Assembly (NCBI GenBank): GCA_037447605.1
Contig: CM074811.1
Coordinates: forward strand, 434,001 to 498,000
Source: Zygnema circumcarinatum SAG 698-1b
Taxonomy: Eukaryota > Plantae > Zygnematophyceae
Reading direction: 5' to 3'
DNA: 64,000 nucleotides
The position numbers and the translations under genes are program-made. The notes beneath the pieces were generated by a model that made no database searches, was not told where the DNA came from, and saw only the letters and a program-made list of their open reading frames with translations. This document shows, piece after piece, positions 13,960 to 31,000 of this stretch; position 1 is the first letter of the stretch; each line of letters opens with the position of its first letter.

Positions 13960-15270
13960 CGTGTTGGGATGCGCATGTGGATCTTACGTCATTTGTTGCA
14001 TCTGACAAGTCGTTGATGACAGATGGTCCAGATGGTCTGTATTCCAAAACTCACAATTTGTACTTGTTTACTTTCGACTTCCTTTGAGGGGAATTTAGGA
14101 ATTATGTCAATGGGGATATATGAGGAAGACTGTGAATTTGCGGATCCCTTCGTGAGCTTTCGAGGGAAGAAACGATTCAAACAGAACGTCAGCAACTTGG
14201 GGTCCTTCATGGAAGATGTGAACCTTAAAATTCTTGACTGGCAGGAATCGGAGGTAAGCCTCCTCTACTGTTCCTGCATTGTGCAGTATGCTGTGATGGT
14301 TACTGTCTAGTTCTGGAATGGAGAGGTGAAGGGAACTGGAGAACGAGAGGGAAGGAGGGAGGGAAGGAAGGAAGGGGAGAGAGGGAGAGAGGGAGAGAGT
14401 AAGAGAGTGAGAGGCGGGAGGGGAAAGGCGGGGAGGGGGAGGGGGGAAGGGGGGAAGGGGGTAAGGGGAAGAGAGAGACAGGGGTAAAGCAGTTTGGGAG
14501 GGAAGAGGGAGCAGCAGAGAGGGAGAGGGAGAGGAACTAGAGAAAAGGTGGGAGACTGGAAGCGAGACGAATGAAAACGGACAATTGGATTTTATTGTTT
14601 CCGATGATCTTGAGAGGGCGCGATTGCAGCGTGGCATGCGGTTGAGTCCGTGATTTCACGTTTATTGTTTATTGTTTGTTTTTTCCTAAAGTTTTCACGG
14701 TGTGGCTGGCAAGAAAAATGCAGGATATGGTGAAGACAAAGTGGCGGTTTAGCTGCGTGTTAGGGCTGCCGTGGCGCCCCATCTTAGCTGGTAGGCGCTC
14801 GTACTTTTCTTTCCCTTGAGATTAATTAATTGTAACAATATAAACAATAAATGCCACTACCTACAGTTGAGATCTCCATTGTTCATCTCTGGTTGAATGA
14901 TGAAGTTTGAATGTAAGAAGTTTAAACTTGTCGTGATCAACGACAGCTTCTGGTGGAACCGACCACTACTTCAGCAAAGAGACCGGGAAGATTTACAAGT
15001 GAGTACCTTTGAATCCTGCAAAATGGCTTAGTAATTTGTGCTCGTCCTTTTCTTTTTCAGTTGATTGAGAGAAGCTGAGGTGAGGCAGGGAGAGGGGGAG
15101 AGGGAAAGGGTGGGAGATGGCTGGAGAAGCGAGTGGTTCATGATGGGATGACTAGTGGTTCTCTGTTTCCTCTGTTCAGACATGTCGAAAAATGGGATAT
15201 TTCTCCAGCTGATGGAGTCCGGCAGCTATTCAAGCCGAATCCAAAGCTAAGAAAAGGAAAATCCGGCTAA
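13360..15270 (+). CDS. DUF2358 / SnoaL(NTF2)-like protein, probable plastid transit peptide
   Basis: Exons: 13360-13801, 14099-14253, 14724-14790, 14947-14998, 15180-15270. Motifs DYDRSYFVTG, YEEDCEFADPFVSFRG, WRFSCVLGLPWRP, HVEKW match recalled plant DUF2358 proteins. The start ATG at 13360 is inferred. Confidence 0.8.
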
Positions 15271-15597
15271 GTACCGTGCGTACAGATAGGCGCTAAGTTA
15301 TCGCCTCTGTTACATAGGATGAGTTTTTGACACTGCTGAACCACCCTTGTACCATTTTCCTTTGTATAAAAGAGTGCTGTACCATTGTTTGTGAAAAGTC
15401 TTTCGAGGCAGCGATTAGGAGTGATGGAGTCTCAACTTTTTTTCCCAAAGCATTCATCGACCAAATGAATACTTACTCATACTCCACAGCCACAAGTTTG
15501 TAAGAAACGAAACAATGGAGTATTTCCGATATTTGACTACGTGCAATAATATGTATGCAATGGTTCAAGGTACTCTGCATCTAACACAACTATACCT

Positions 15598-17227
15598 TTA
15601 TACAGCCCTCACCTTCGCTTCCAGAATGCTAACGTAAGTCCTTATTGTGTGCACCTGAACTCTGACAAAGCCCGCGCCATGAAACAGTTCATCCCATTCC
15701 TGTAATGTCCTCTCACGGCCCGAAACCATCGCCATCATATTCAAGTCCATGCCCACCTTGAAGAGGTTCAAGGGGTCGGAGGGACCCTCCAGCACAACGT
15801 CAATGATGAGAAGTTTGGAGTTAGGGTTCCCTCCATTCTCCATTGCCTCCTTCACTCTGCGGAGTATGGCAGTGCATTCAGCATCGGTCCAGTCGTGGAG
15901 AATGTGCTTCATCACGTAGACATCTCTCCCTGAAGGCTCCACCTTTGCGAAAAAGTCGCCTGTTTTACACACACAACCAAGGCATTACTATCTTTTGAGA
16001 GGAACAAAGGAATTACAGACCATGTATGTGTGTGTAGCTGCTGCGTGCATACATCAAAATTTAAAGTGAAGTCCAAGTTCTGGGGACAGAACCTGCTTGG
16101 AACTTCATGCCGGCTTTCTCGGCCTCCAGGGGATCGATTCTTTCAACGACCTCCGGTCGATCAAAGACGACGACTTTGTTTTTTAGAGAAGGGTATTGCT
16201 TGATAAGCGTGTCCATGAAGCCACCCGCTCCGCCTCCAACATCGACAATAGACCTGCAGTGAAGAAACTTCACTTCACTTCACTTCTCTCTTTAAACTTC
16301 AATGAAGGAGTGAGGACGATAGGAAGAAGTGGGGAAGTGGGAAACGAGGGAGGGCGAAGTGACAAGTGGAGCAGGAGAGGAAACGCAAAAACGAAACGCA
16401 GGGCATGAGGGGAACGAAAAGCAGAGAAAGGGAAAAGCACGGAAAGCAAAGCCAGTAGAGACATAGCGGGAGAGGGATTGAGGGTGAAAAAGGCACGCAG
16501 ATGAGTGGACGAGTGCGAGAGAGAGGAAGAGGATGCGAGCGAACGAGCGAAATAGACAGCAGAAGGGAAATATTATGTCCTCGCAAAAGCTCACTCCATA
16601 GGAAGAAGAAGCCCACTAAAAAACGCACTATACGAAAGATTAAAAAACGGAGGCGAAGGAAGGAGGCAGTTGTCCCACCCTACGGCGGACCAATTGTAGT
16701 CGTGGACGAGCCCCTCTATTTGCAATTGCGTGAAGGCACGAAATCCGCCCTGAGAGCGGTTGCCGAACTCCGGATTCTCCCCATAGTACTGCCAAATGGG
16801 AATGTGGGAGCCGATCTCAAAGCCGCAGCCGCCAGTGCGGACGGCTTCCTCCAGATGGGACCATCCTGGGAGAAGAGCAGGGAGGGAGGGAGGGAGGGAG
16901 GGAGGGAGGGAGGGAGGGAGGGAGGGAGGAAGGGAGGGAAAGAGGAGAAAAGTGGGTAGTGGGAGATGAGGGGATGTGACGTTGAGTGGTGGAGAGGAAG
17001 AGGATGGAGGGAAGGTGGGGACGTGGGGAGGTGAAGGGTTGGATGGGGAGCCAAAGAGGGGAAGAGAGGGGAGGTAGAAAGAGAGTGAGAGCGAATAAGC
17101 GAGGTAACAAGCTCCCCAACTTATGTACACAAACGAGAGAGGGGAAGGCGAGGGCGACAGTGGACGAGAGAGAGACACAGACAGAGGAGATTACGAGAGA
17201 CGGAGATAGGGAGGGAGAGTAAGCGAA

Positions 17228-17262
<35 letters not shown>

Positions 17263-18129
17263 TCACAGGCCCAGCGCTCACCGATACGGTGGTCCCTCCG
17301 GTCGTTGTACATGAGGACGGCGGGCGCGAGCGAGGTCGGTCCGCTGCAGAGCAGAGCGGAGGCGCGCGTGAGCCCAAAGCGACCGCTCTCATCGCAGGAC
17401 AGGTCGCCGCTCGCCGCCAAGAAACGCAAGAGGCGGGAGAGGTGGTCCACATTCACAGGACCCTCGATCTTCTGCAAAGGCGAGGGCGAAAGAGGAGAGA
17501 GAGAGAGACGGAGGAGACAACCAGAGACGGAGATTTGGAGGGAGAGAAAGGGAAAGAGTGTGTGAGAGAGAGAAAAGGCGAAAACAAAACAAATCACAAA
17601 CCACAATGCCAAGAATACAAACTATGGGTATGCATCGTCCATTAATGGGAGGCATCTCTACTCCTTTCCCGCTTTCTCTTTCTCACACGCACTTTCCCGC
17701 TACGTCTCTTCAAAGCTGTCTCTCTCCCCCTCGCTGTGGCATTCCCCTTGCTATCTTCCAGTTTTTCCCACCTCCCTCCCCTCCAATCGCTCCTCTCCCT
17801 CTCACCTCTCGTCCTCTCTTTTCACCGCTCCCCCCTCTCCCACTTCTCCTTTACTTGCACCTTTCCATATTAAACTCAGCGATTCCAAGCGCCTCCCTCA
17901 CCTCCACAATGCCATGCACATCCTTCGCGCCGTCCGCCAAGATATCGGGGATGTTCAATCGGACGGCCACAAAGAGGCAGTCAGAGACCCAGAATGCGCA
18001 AAAGCGGCGCAGGATCTGCATTTCTGGCGGGAGGCACGAGACGAGCAGCTTGTGGAGGCCCTCCCAGAGGCTCATGAAGGGCCGGAAGACGGCCCGGGGG
18101 GGGAGGTTGCCGAAACCGACGGCTGCCAT
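15598..18129 (-). CDS. Class II SAM-dependent O-methyltransferase (Methyltransf_2, dimerisation domain + COMT-type catalytic domain)
   Basis: Exons: 17902-18129, 17282-17471, 16679-16865, 16093-16253, 15598-15959. SAM motif IVDVGGGAG, FDRPEVV, GDFF, KHILHDW (catalytic His), GRERT..EW..LF..AGF. Confidence 0.9.
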
Positions 18130-19435
18130 TGTTGCCTGCGCGGGCGTGGAGGGGCGGAGAAGAGAGAAGGGAGAAGGAGGAGAGAAGGGAGAGGGAGGTG
18201 GAGAAGGTGAGGGAGGAGAGAGGCGAGGGAGGAGAGGGAGGAGAGAAGGGAGAGGGAGGAGTGGGAGGAGAGAGGAGAGAAGGGAGAGGGAGAGGGAGGG
18301 GCGGGCGACTCAGGGCGGGCAAAAACGAGGACACGAGGTGTCATCTTGTGCGGTGACGCACGGACACCGTCAATTGATGTCCTTCCGTTAATTGTTTGGC
18401 CATTTTCTTTGTCTCACTGCGAGAAATCGTCAAGAATAATAATCCCTTTATCAAGAATTTCTCGTAAAGTTTTAATCAGAACAAGTACTTCGTATGCTGG
18501 TCGATTATATGAATTAGTTGTACTCGTTTTAAAAACAAATCATAAATTTGACTAGCATTTTTTTCTGAAATGATTGACCCGGCGGTGGCACGAGCGAGAC
18601 CGACATTCTGGTCGTAATGGCACATAGGAGGATAGAAACGCTACGACATCCTAAATCGATCAATGAGATATCGCCACGTGCTGATTGTCGTTCTAGATGA
18701 GTACAGCCTGGCGTTCACACCTGTCGTACGTGGGAGCGGTGTTGCAGGGTTCGGTGACGACCAGGGGAGCACCCCATTGGCTGGCGCGCCGTACGAATCG
18801 TAATTCCGTAAAACCGTACAGGTTGAAAAAATGAAATTAAAGATTTTGGCTTCTCAAAAAAAGAAACAATGAATTCTCAATGTTATTGAATAGGATTGGA
18901 CGTTGAACACTCGAGGTCGAAACTTTTTTATTTAAGAAAGCGAAAACTTTAGTTTTAAGGAAAAAAGTTCAAAGACAATGTGTTCTCTCGCAAGTGTGGA
19001 TTCCACTTTTTGCCACGTTGGTTCCTTGCGATTCGAGGGATCCGATTACAGTACAGTAACAGTTAAACCGAGCGCCAGTTGTTTGCCGTACGATTCTCCA
19101 GGAGAACAGACAACAACTTCTGTACGAACCTCCGGGTCCACGCGCTTTACGATCCGCTGAAATCTCATTGTTGATCGGTGGACCCAGGGAAAACTCAAAT
19201 TGAAACCAGCGACAACTAATTGTTCAATGTCCAATCGGTTCTCTATAAAAATTGTATTGAGAAAAAAAATTATGAACTAAATTTCTCATTTCAGAAACTG
19301 TTTTTGAAAGGTTTTCTTTTTTTAGAGAAGCCAAAAAAAATTGAGCTTTTTTTTTGTCAACCTGTACGGTTTTACGGTAAGGGAAATTTTCAGATTGAAT
19401 TCTGCAACACGAGGAGCTTCAACAGGCTCCTTTGA

Positions 19436-19487
19436 AGTTTGGCTTTGACGTTTGGCTTTGACGTTTGGCTTTGACGTTTGGCTTTTG
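19436..19487. repeat. 13-bp tandem repeat (GTTTGGCTTTGAC) x about 4 upstream of the SCPL gene
   Basis: Directly visible, about 145-195 bp upstream of the ATG at 19630. Confidence 0.85.
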
Positions 19488-19629
19488 AAGTGCTTCCAAT
19501 TTTTTGGCAGGAGCAGGAATGGACCTGTAAAACAGACGGAGCCGCGAGCAAGAGCGGGTGGCTGTGAAGGCGTCTGGAGGGAGCAGCTTGGATCGGAGCC
19601 AGAGGGCAGGAAGGCAGTCTTGCAGATCC

Positions 19630-23773
<4,144 letters not shown>

Positions 23774-24480
23774 GAGCATGGAGGTGGTGGCTCATGGGAG
23801 AGGAGGAGGAGCTTCACATAGCGTCTGCTCATGGGGGCTCCTTCTTGAGAGGAGGAACAAAGCGGATTTCGGTATGGAAATGTATTGAAAGGCCAATTTT
23901 GGAACTATGTTGCAGAGGTTTGGCACAGTGATATGGCACTCCATATATTTGATCATTTTGAAGACCGCCATCGTGAGACCAATGCTGTTTTCCCTTCTCT
24001 TTTGAGTGCCAAATCCTTCGCTGGAGATAGAGCCGATCCTATCAGTTAAGCCTCAGCTCGCTCTAAAGAACATAGAGTGCGAAGCGGCTCTGTGATTCGA
24101 TTGGCTTTTGAGGAGGGGATAGAAATCTGCGTTTAATAGTATTATAATTGGGGATGTTGGAAAGATATGATCCCATGTCTGTACAGCCAAGCAGATGCAC
24201 TACGGATAGTGAATGAAAATAGCATTGAATTCACCATGGCGAAGCCATTTGCAGATAGGTTGTTTTTAAGGTGGATAGTGCAATGTTAGACTGCTTTTTT
24301 TTTGAAGATATGTATAAACTCTTGCTCTTGCTACCATTTAATATAGAGGAGTGACAAGGGGGGGAGGGTGGGAGGGGGGGAGGCATTACTCAACAAATAA
24401 ACGCAACTCAAGTTGAAACCCTAAAAATTACGTCCGCCCGGCCACACGATGTATTGTACTTGCATACAGTAATCCGTATA

Positions 24481-25851
24481 CAGAGCACCCCTAATATTTT
24501 CCACCCTGTACAGTGCGTCCCAAAGAAATTCGCCCTGATTTTGCCGAAACCACTTTTTGTACGGTAAGTCTGTGTTAATGTATTAGGGTTGTTAATCTAA
24601 CCTGACCTATTTTACAATACAAAATCTGTTGAACAAAACGAATTTCAAACATGGGTCACGCTATTCCGCTGTACGGTAAATACGATAGGAAAATTCTATT
24701 CTCACACCATTTTTGTCTACACACAGACCTTTTTTCACTGGGCAGATTTTAAAATAGACAAAAAAGGAACACACCTTTTCACACCTTTTTTTTTGTCACC
24801 TCTTTTTTTTTTCATCTTCTTTTTCACACCTTTTTGGAATCGATATCGACCTCGGGGTCGGGCAGATTTTACCCCTTCTTGTTTTATTAAGATAAAAAAA
24901 TATCGGCCTGCACGAATCCGCTCGGAGCGTAAGATCCGCCGGCCACGAGATCGTTCGTGGGTGGCCGTCCTCTACACGTGTCAAGAATCTCCGCCGTCGA
25001 TTCTCGAACAGATCGCCCCACGGCAGGTTACCGTTCGATCAGCATCCGGGCTCGGTCCCAGCGAATGGCACACGCCCACGTGTCCCAACAAGATGGCTCA
25101 AAGGTTCGTACAAAATTAGTACGGGGATAGCGAGGAGAGTCGACATCCCGTACATTGAGAATTTGAACCAATCACCATCTGCCGCGTGCTCCTTTTATGA
25201 CGTTTCAAACTGTGATTGGTACAGATTTCAACTTTCCTCGAAGCTGCGGGCGTACGACGTTTGTACAGACCATTCAGCCGGCTTGGGCGTTTGTCATTCG
25301 CTGGGACCGAGCTCGGATCGGTGCTGATCGAACGGTGACCTGCCGTGGTGCGATCTGTTTGAGAATGGACGGTGACACGTGTAAAGGACGGCCACCCACG
25401 AACGATCTCGTGGCGGACGGATCTTCCGCGCCGAGCGGATTCGGGCAGGCCGATATTTTTTCCACTGTAATTAAAAGATAAGGTCCGTGTTACCAATAGG
25501 CGAGCGGTATTATGTTGTATTATTTCCCCCGTCACTCATTATGTTGGAGTTCATGTCTGTTCGTATGTATCGTATCGTATCGTGATTTATATACACGAGC
25601 TCCTATTGGTGCCGTACGTATATCGTACGACTCAGAGATTTATTCGTATTTACCGTACAGCGTAAAAGCGTGACCCATGTTTTAAATCCGTTTCGATTAA
25701 CAGATTTTGTATTGGAGAATAGGTCAGGTTAGGTTAACACCCCTAATACGTTAACATTGAGTTACCGTACAAAAAGGTGGTTTCGGCAAAATCGGGGCAA
25801 ATTTCTTGGGGACGCACTGTACAAGGTGGAAAATATTATTGGGGTCCACTG
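24481..25851. mobile_element. Non-autonomous TA-flanked inverted-repeat element (Tc1/mariner/pogo-like MITE or foldback) with about 220-bp degenerate TIRs
   Basis: TA|CAGAGCACCCC at 24479-24491 and GGGGTCCACTG|TA at 25841-25853; arms about 24481-24700 and 25645-25851 are reverse complements; no transposase motif seen. Confidence 0.65.
24894..25461. repeat. Inner inverted repeat (about 210-bp arms) nested within the element at 24481-25851
   Basis: AAAAAATATCGGCCTGC... (24895) versus ...GCAGGCCGATATTTTTT (25461); arms about 24894-25110 and 25255-25461; the right end is followed by CCACTG|TA, similar to the outer terminus. Confidence 0.85.
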
Positions 25852-26622
25852 TATCGGCATGGGGGACCGGCAGCAGGGCTGTCCAATGGCAGACTGCCAC
25901 GTGGCAACCTCTGACCCAACCTGGTCAGGTGAGGACAACTTTTCCGTAGGCTCGCCGCATCTCGCGGGCCACGCCGCGATGCGCGGCGCCGTACGTCGGT
26001 GCACGGTCGAATCCTGCGCGCGAGGCGCGGGGTCCGATTGTCTACAAGATCTCTCCTCCCGAAAGATCCAAGGGGGGGGGATGATTAGCCAGAAAAAAAA
26101 GTACAATTTTTCCCAAAAGGGGGCGCCGATATCCAAAAAGTGGGGCTGCTGTATCATTTTCCATAGAATTTTCCATACGATAAACATCTCTAAATCGTAC
26201 GGTATAAGTACGGCACCAATACAGGGGGTCCTCGTCATATTTTCCACCTGGTTTCGGCAAATACCGGGCGAAAACATTGTTTTTGGGAAATAGAAGGTCC
26301 GTGTTACCAATAGGCGAGCGGAATTATGTTAGTGTTCATGTATGTCCGTATGTATCGTATCGTATCTTTTGTTTTCATATCGCACCGCATCGTACCGTAT
26401 CGGCTACTATAGCTCGTACGGCGAGTATGGATAGTACCGTATCGGGACGTGTCGTATCGTATCGCATCGTATCGAAGCCAAAAACAAGGGGAGAAGAGCG
26501 AGCGCCTCTTACGGCGGCCCGTGCGGGGAGATTAGGTGAGTTTTGCGTAAGCCCGTAACGGCTAGTACAGCTAGTACGAGTAGTACGGATAGTACGAATA
26601 TTACGGATTTTTAGGGTTTTTA

Positions 26623-27096
26623 GGGTGGGTGTCCATCAGCGTTTTTTCGCCGACGTGGAGGTACAGGCGTAGTTTTGGAGGATGATGTGGCGCCGTCGTG
26701 GCGCCGACTAGGACCGACGTGGAGGTACAGGCGTAGTTCCCCAGAACATACCCCCTGAAGTGAGTTTTGGGGAACTACGCCTGAGTTTTCCAATCGTGCG
26801 CCGCCGCGTGGCGTTGAAGATCCGTTCGAGATGCCACGGGGGTACGGCGGCCACGCTGGCGCACAGCCGCCAACGCGTGGTGACCGTAGGTCGGGGTGGC
26901 GGCACGCGACTGCCTGCCAGCCTGAACCCTAACCCTAACCCTAATCGCACGTACGGTAACCGCGGTGGGCCACGGTAAGTGTGTCCACGTGGCGTCCGCT
27001 GATTGGCTCGCGCGACCTCTGATGGAACCCGCAATTCTCCCTTCATGACTCTAATCCGATGTGGCGGTACAGGCAAACGCTGATGGACACCCACCC
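26623..27096. mobile_element. PIF/Harbinger (Tourist)-like MITE, 474 bp
   Basis: Perfect 22-bp TIR GGGTGGGTGTCCATCAGCGTTT (26623-26644; reverse complement at 27075-27096) with TTA on both flanks (26620-26622, 27097-27099); non-coding interior. Confidence 0.8.
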
Positions 27097-27118
27097 TTAG
27101 AGTTTTAAGGGTACGGAT

Positions 27119-28034
27119 TGTGAGAGGGGCAGAGGGATGAGAAGCAAATTCACCTTCCACCCTTTCTCCCTCTTCACTGTCCATGGAAACTTCCCTCCTG
27201 GTGCCCGCAGCACTCTCACTCATTTTTCACTCACGTGCATACACAACACACGAGAGGCGGAATAGAAAAACGTAGGAGAAAGCTCCCAGCCTAAAACTCC
27301 TTTATGATGACAAGCTTTCCAACTCAAGCCCCCATAAGCCTAGTCAAGCTTTCACCACATGATCACTTCACCTTCACGTGAGGCAGCTCTCCACACACGG
27401 AGACTCCTCACAAAGGTCCACCTCCTGTTGCCAAAGCCATGCCTTCAAACTGCCATAGCCTTGCAATGCATATCAAGAAGGTTTTTAACTTACACACCCA
27501 CTCTCACTATATAGTATGGGGCTGTGACGTGACCATGTCACGTCACACGCGCCGGGACCATGCATGCAACAACCTTATTCAAACAACCTAAATAAACTAC
27601 TTAGTGTCTTGCTATACATAATTTTAACCTGGCAACATGCCAACACCACCGCTCTAACCAGAGATGGCCATGTACTCTACGCCGGAGAGCTGAACTTCCG
27701 CCCGACCACAAAGGACGCTATCTTCGTGCATGAAATGCGGCTCCGCCCGCCTCCACCCGACTCCGCCGTCTTCCGCCCCGCCCGCATCATTCCTCGATTC
27801 CGTACTCAGGACCCGATTCACCGGCGGTGCAAATGTCGGACTCCCAGCCGTACTGTCCGTACCGACCGTACCGACCGTACGGTCCATACTATCCGTACGG
27901 TTGCGCGGTCGGTCTCGCCGACGCGCACACGCTGAAGTAAGTCCGTCCCCATACATGTCACACCTAGAAGCACACCCCTAGGAACTAAGCGCCAACACAA
28001 ACATGCTAATCTGAACTAACTATGTACACTAACA
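27119..28034 (-). repeat. Copia 3' LTR (916 bp)
   Basis: TGTGAGAG...CTAACA on the + strand; homologous to 32463-33351 and 35517-35754. Confidence 0.92.
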
Positions 28035-28052
28035 TTCCCCCTCTTTGGCACT

Positions 28053-31000
28053 TTAGTTCCTGAGAGGCCCCAGCCCAATGAGATCCGAATTAATCCTCAA
28101 GGTCTCACCACTGACTGCCTTCGTCAGCATATCGGCTGCCTGCTCCCTGGTTCCAATGAACTTGATACTGACAAGTCCCTCTCTCACCTCCTGTCTCACG
28201 TAATGGTATTGGATCCGGAAATGCTTGCTCCGCTTGTGGAACACCGGATTCCCCATTAGAGCAATAGAGGACTGATTGTCCGTGAAGAGTGGTAAGGGGA
28301 GCTGAGGCCGCTCACACTCCCCAAAGAAGTTCCGCAGCCACACACACTCTCTGGCTGCATGGCAAGCTGCCATATACTCTGCTTCAGTGCTGGAGAGAGC
28401 CACTGAAGACTGCAAGGTGGAATTCCATGTGATGGCCCCACCTGCATTCAAGAAAACGTATCCAGATGTGGAGCGGGATGAATCCAAATCCCCTCCCCAG
28501 TCAGCGTCTGTATAGCCATAGACTCGGCTGCGAGTCCCCCTCTCAAACCTGAGGCCATAATCCACAGTTCCCTTCAGAAACCGAAATATACGCTTGACTC
28601 CTTCCCAATGCTCCTCGCCGGGGTTCTCCATGAATCTGCTTGCCGTGCTCACGGCTTTCGCAAGGTCAGGCCTCGTGCCTGTCATCAAATACATGAGGCT
28701 CCCAATCGCAGATCGATATGGCACTCCTGCCATTGCCTTTGCCTCCTCCTCTGTAGACGGGGACATCTCCTTCGTGAAGCGAACTCCAGCCTCCATGGGA
28801 CTTGTGCATCGCCTGCGCTCCACATGTGAACTCCGCAACACATCCTTCTGCATACTTCCTTTGAGCAAGGAGTCATGAACCATCTCAGCCCCCTCTCAGC
28901 TGGATCCCCAAGAGATATTGGGCCTCTCCAAGGTCAGTCATCTGGAAATTCTCCTGCAAGAGCTCCTTCAACTCTGCAATGCTGCGAAGAGACTTGCTGA
29001 TCATGATCAGGTCATCCACATAGACCCCAACAAACAACTTATCATCATCTTCGCCAACTGAGTACACACAAGTATCAGTCTCAAAACGATCAAACCCATA
29101 GCCCTGTAAGAGTTCATCGATCTTCTCATGCCACACAAGCACTTCAGCCCATACACAGACTCTTCACGAGTCTGCAGCACAAGGTTCTCCTTTCCCTTCT
29201 GGCATTTGCTCTTTAAGACCTTTCCTATCTCTTCATCAAGATCTCCATACAAGAAAGCAGTCTTGATGTCCAACTGGTGGACATGCATCCCCTCTGCGGC
29301 TGCAATAGAAATGAGGGAGCGGAGGGAGTTGAACTTCACCACAGGAGCGAAGGTCTCTGTGTAGTCAACTCCTTCCTTCTGACTGTAGCCCTTGGCCACG
29401 AGTCGCACCTTGTACCTATCAATGCTGCCGTCCGCCTTCCTCTTAACCTTGAAGACCCATTTGCAGCCGATGGCACGCCTCCCAGGTGGGAGCTTCTCCA
29501 AGCGCCAAGTCTGATTCTCAATCAGACTGTTCCACTCACTATCAATGGCCTCCTGCCACTTGATCTGATCTGGCCCCTCAACAGCTTCCCCGTAAGTCTG
29601 GGGCTCAACAGCATGGGCCATGTAACAATGAGCAATCATGTCCATGTCACCTGAGAATGATGCAGAATGATCCTGGGCATTCTTTCGTGCTCTCTTCCGC
29701 ATGCGCTTCGTAGGCACAGCCGGACTGAAACGATTTGGAGGCCGCCTGGTCCTCCCACTTGTCTTCTCCATCACGGAGGGATGCTCTTGAGAGGCTGCTC
29801 CACGACTCGCGTGGAACTCGTGCATCCTCCTCAGCTGGGCGGCCGTGTCCTCCAACAACTCTTCATTGCCGCTCCACGTGGTTCTAAAGCCACCATCTTA
29901 TGCGGCATACTGGCTGCCTCCTCTCGTGAACTGGAGGTCTCCTCCTGAGACTTCGTAGCTGATGCCTCCACCGATGGTCCCACAGACTCCTGCATGTCTC
30001 CCCAATGTGGAGAACCCAAGGGAGTAAAGGTCACCAACTTGTCTGCATCATAGCTCTCTGGCTCTTCGCCAACAATAGATGAATTGGCGTGGCACTCTCC
30101 TCCGTCTGAGCTTGAGTGGCCACTGGCACCTTCTCTTGCTCAGGGTGACTCACAATCACTTCACCTTCATAGGTGAATCCGAGTGGACACGACTCATCAG
30201 CACGCCTCCATGAGTGGGTAAAGGGGACATGTGAGCATCTCATCACCCCTCACGTGCCTTTACGATCTCTACCTTTTGGCCTCAAGGCTGTGCACCCTCT
30301 AGGCACCTGCAATCAAGGCTCATCATGTTGCAGAAAGAAGCCCTCCTTGCCCCTTGGAAAAAACTTCCTCCAGCGCGCGACCTTTCGTCTCGTCCCAGCA
30401 CTTTGATCCAAATGCTTTCAAGCGTCCCACAGTGGGCTTCGTCCCACTCCACACCTCATCAGGCACTCGATCCTCCAAGACCGATGACGGACACCTGTTC
30501 CTCACATACGCGGCCGTCATCACTGCTTCTCCCCAAAATGTCACAGGAAATGGTGAGTCATGCAACATCGTCCTTGCCATGTCTCCAAGAGTCCTGTTCA
30601 CTCTCTCTGCAGCTCCATTACTCTGCGGTGAGTATGGAGCAGAGAACTCCTGCTTGATTCCCAAGCCTCTCAAATACTCACTGAACACCTTGTTCTTGAA
30701 TTCTCCTCCATTGTCTGAACGGAGGTTCTTGAGTAGATGGCCGCTCTCCCGCTCTGCACGCATCTTCCAAGCTCTGAAGGCTGGATAAGCGTCAGACTTC
30801 TGTGTCAAGAGCACCACCCAAATCTTTCGTGAGTAGTCATCAAGGAAAGTGATGAATGTCGACTTCCTCCAAGCTCAAGGGTAGGATGATGGGGCCACAC
30901 CAGTGCTGCACAAGCGCCCGGCGGCTCCTGGCGCGCCCCTCTCCAGTCTCTCTCTCGCACAAATGGCCCACGATGGATCTTCCCTTTAATTACGTCTCGC

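Noticed and set aside
25757-26310. ORFs of 178 and 182 aa within the inverted-repeat region as possible transposases
   Set aside because: No DDE/D, HTH or other transposase motifs; they overlap repeat arms on both strands.
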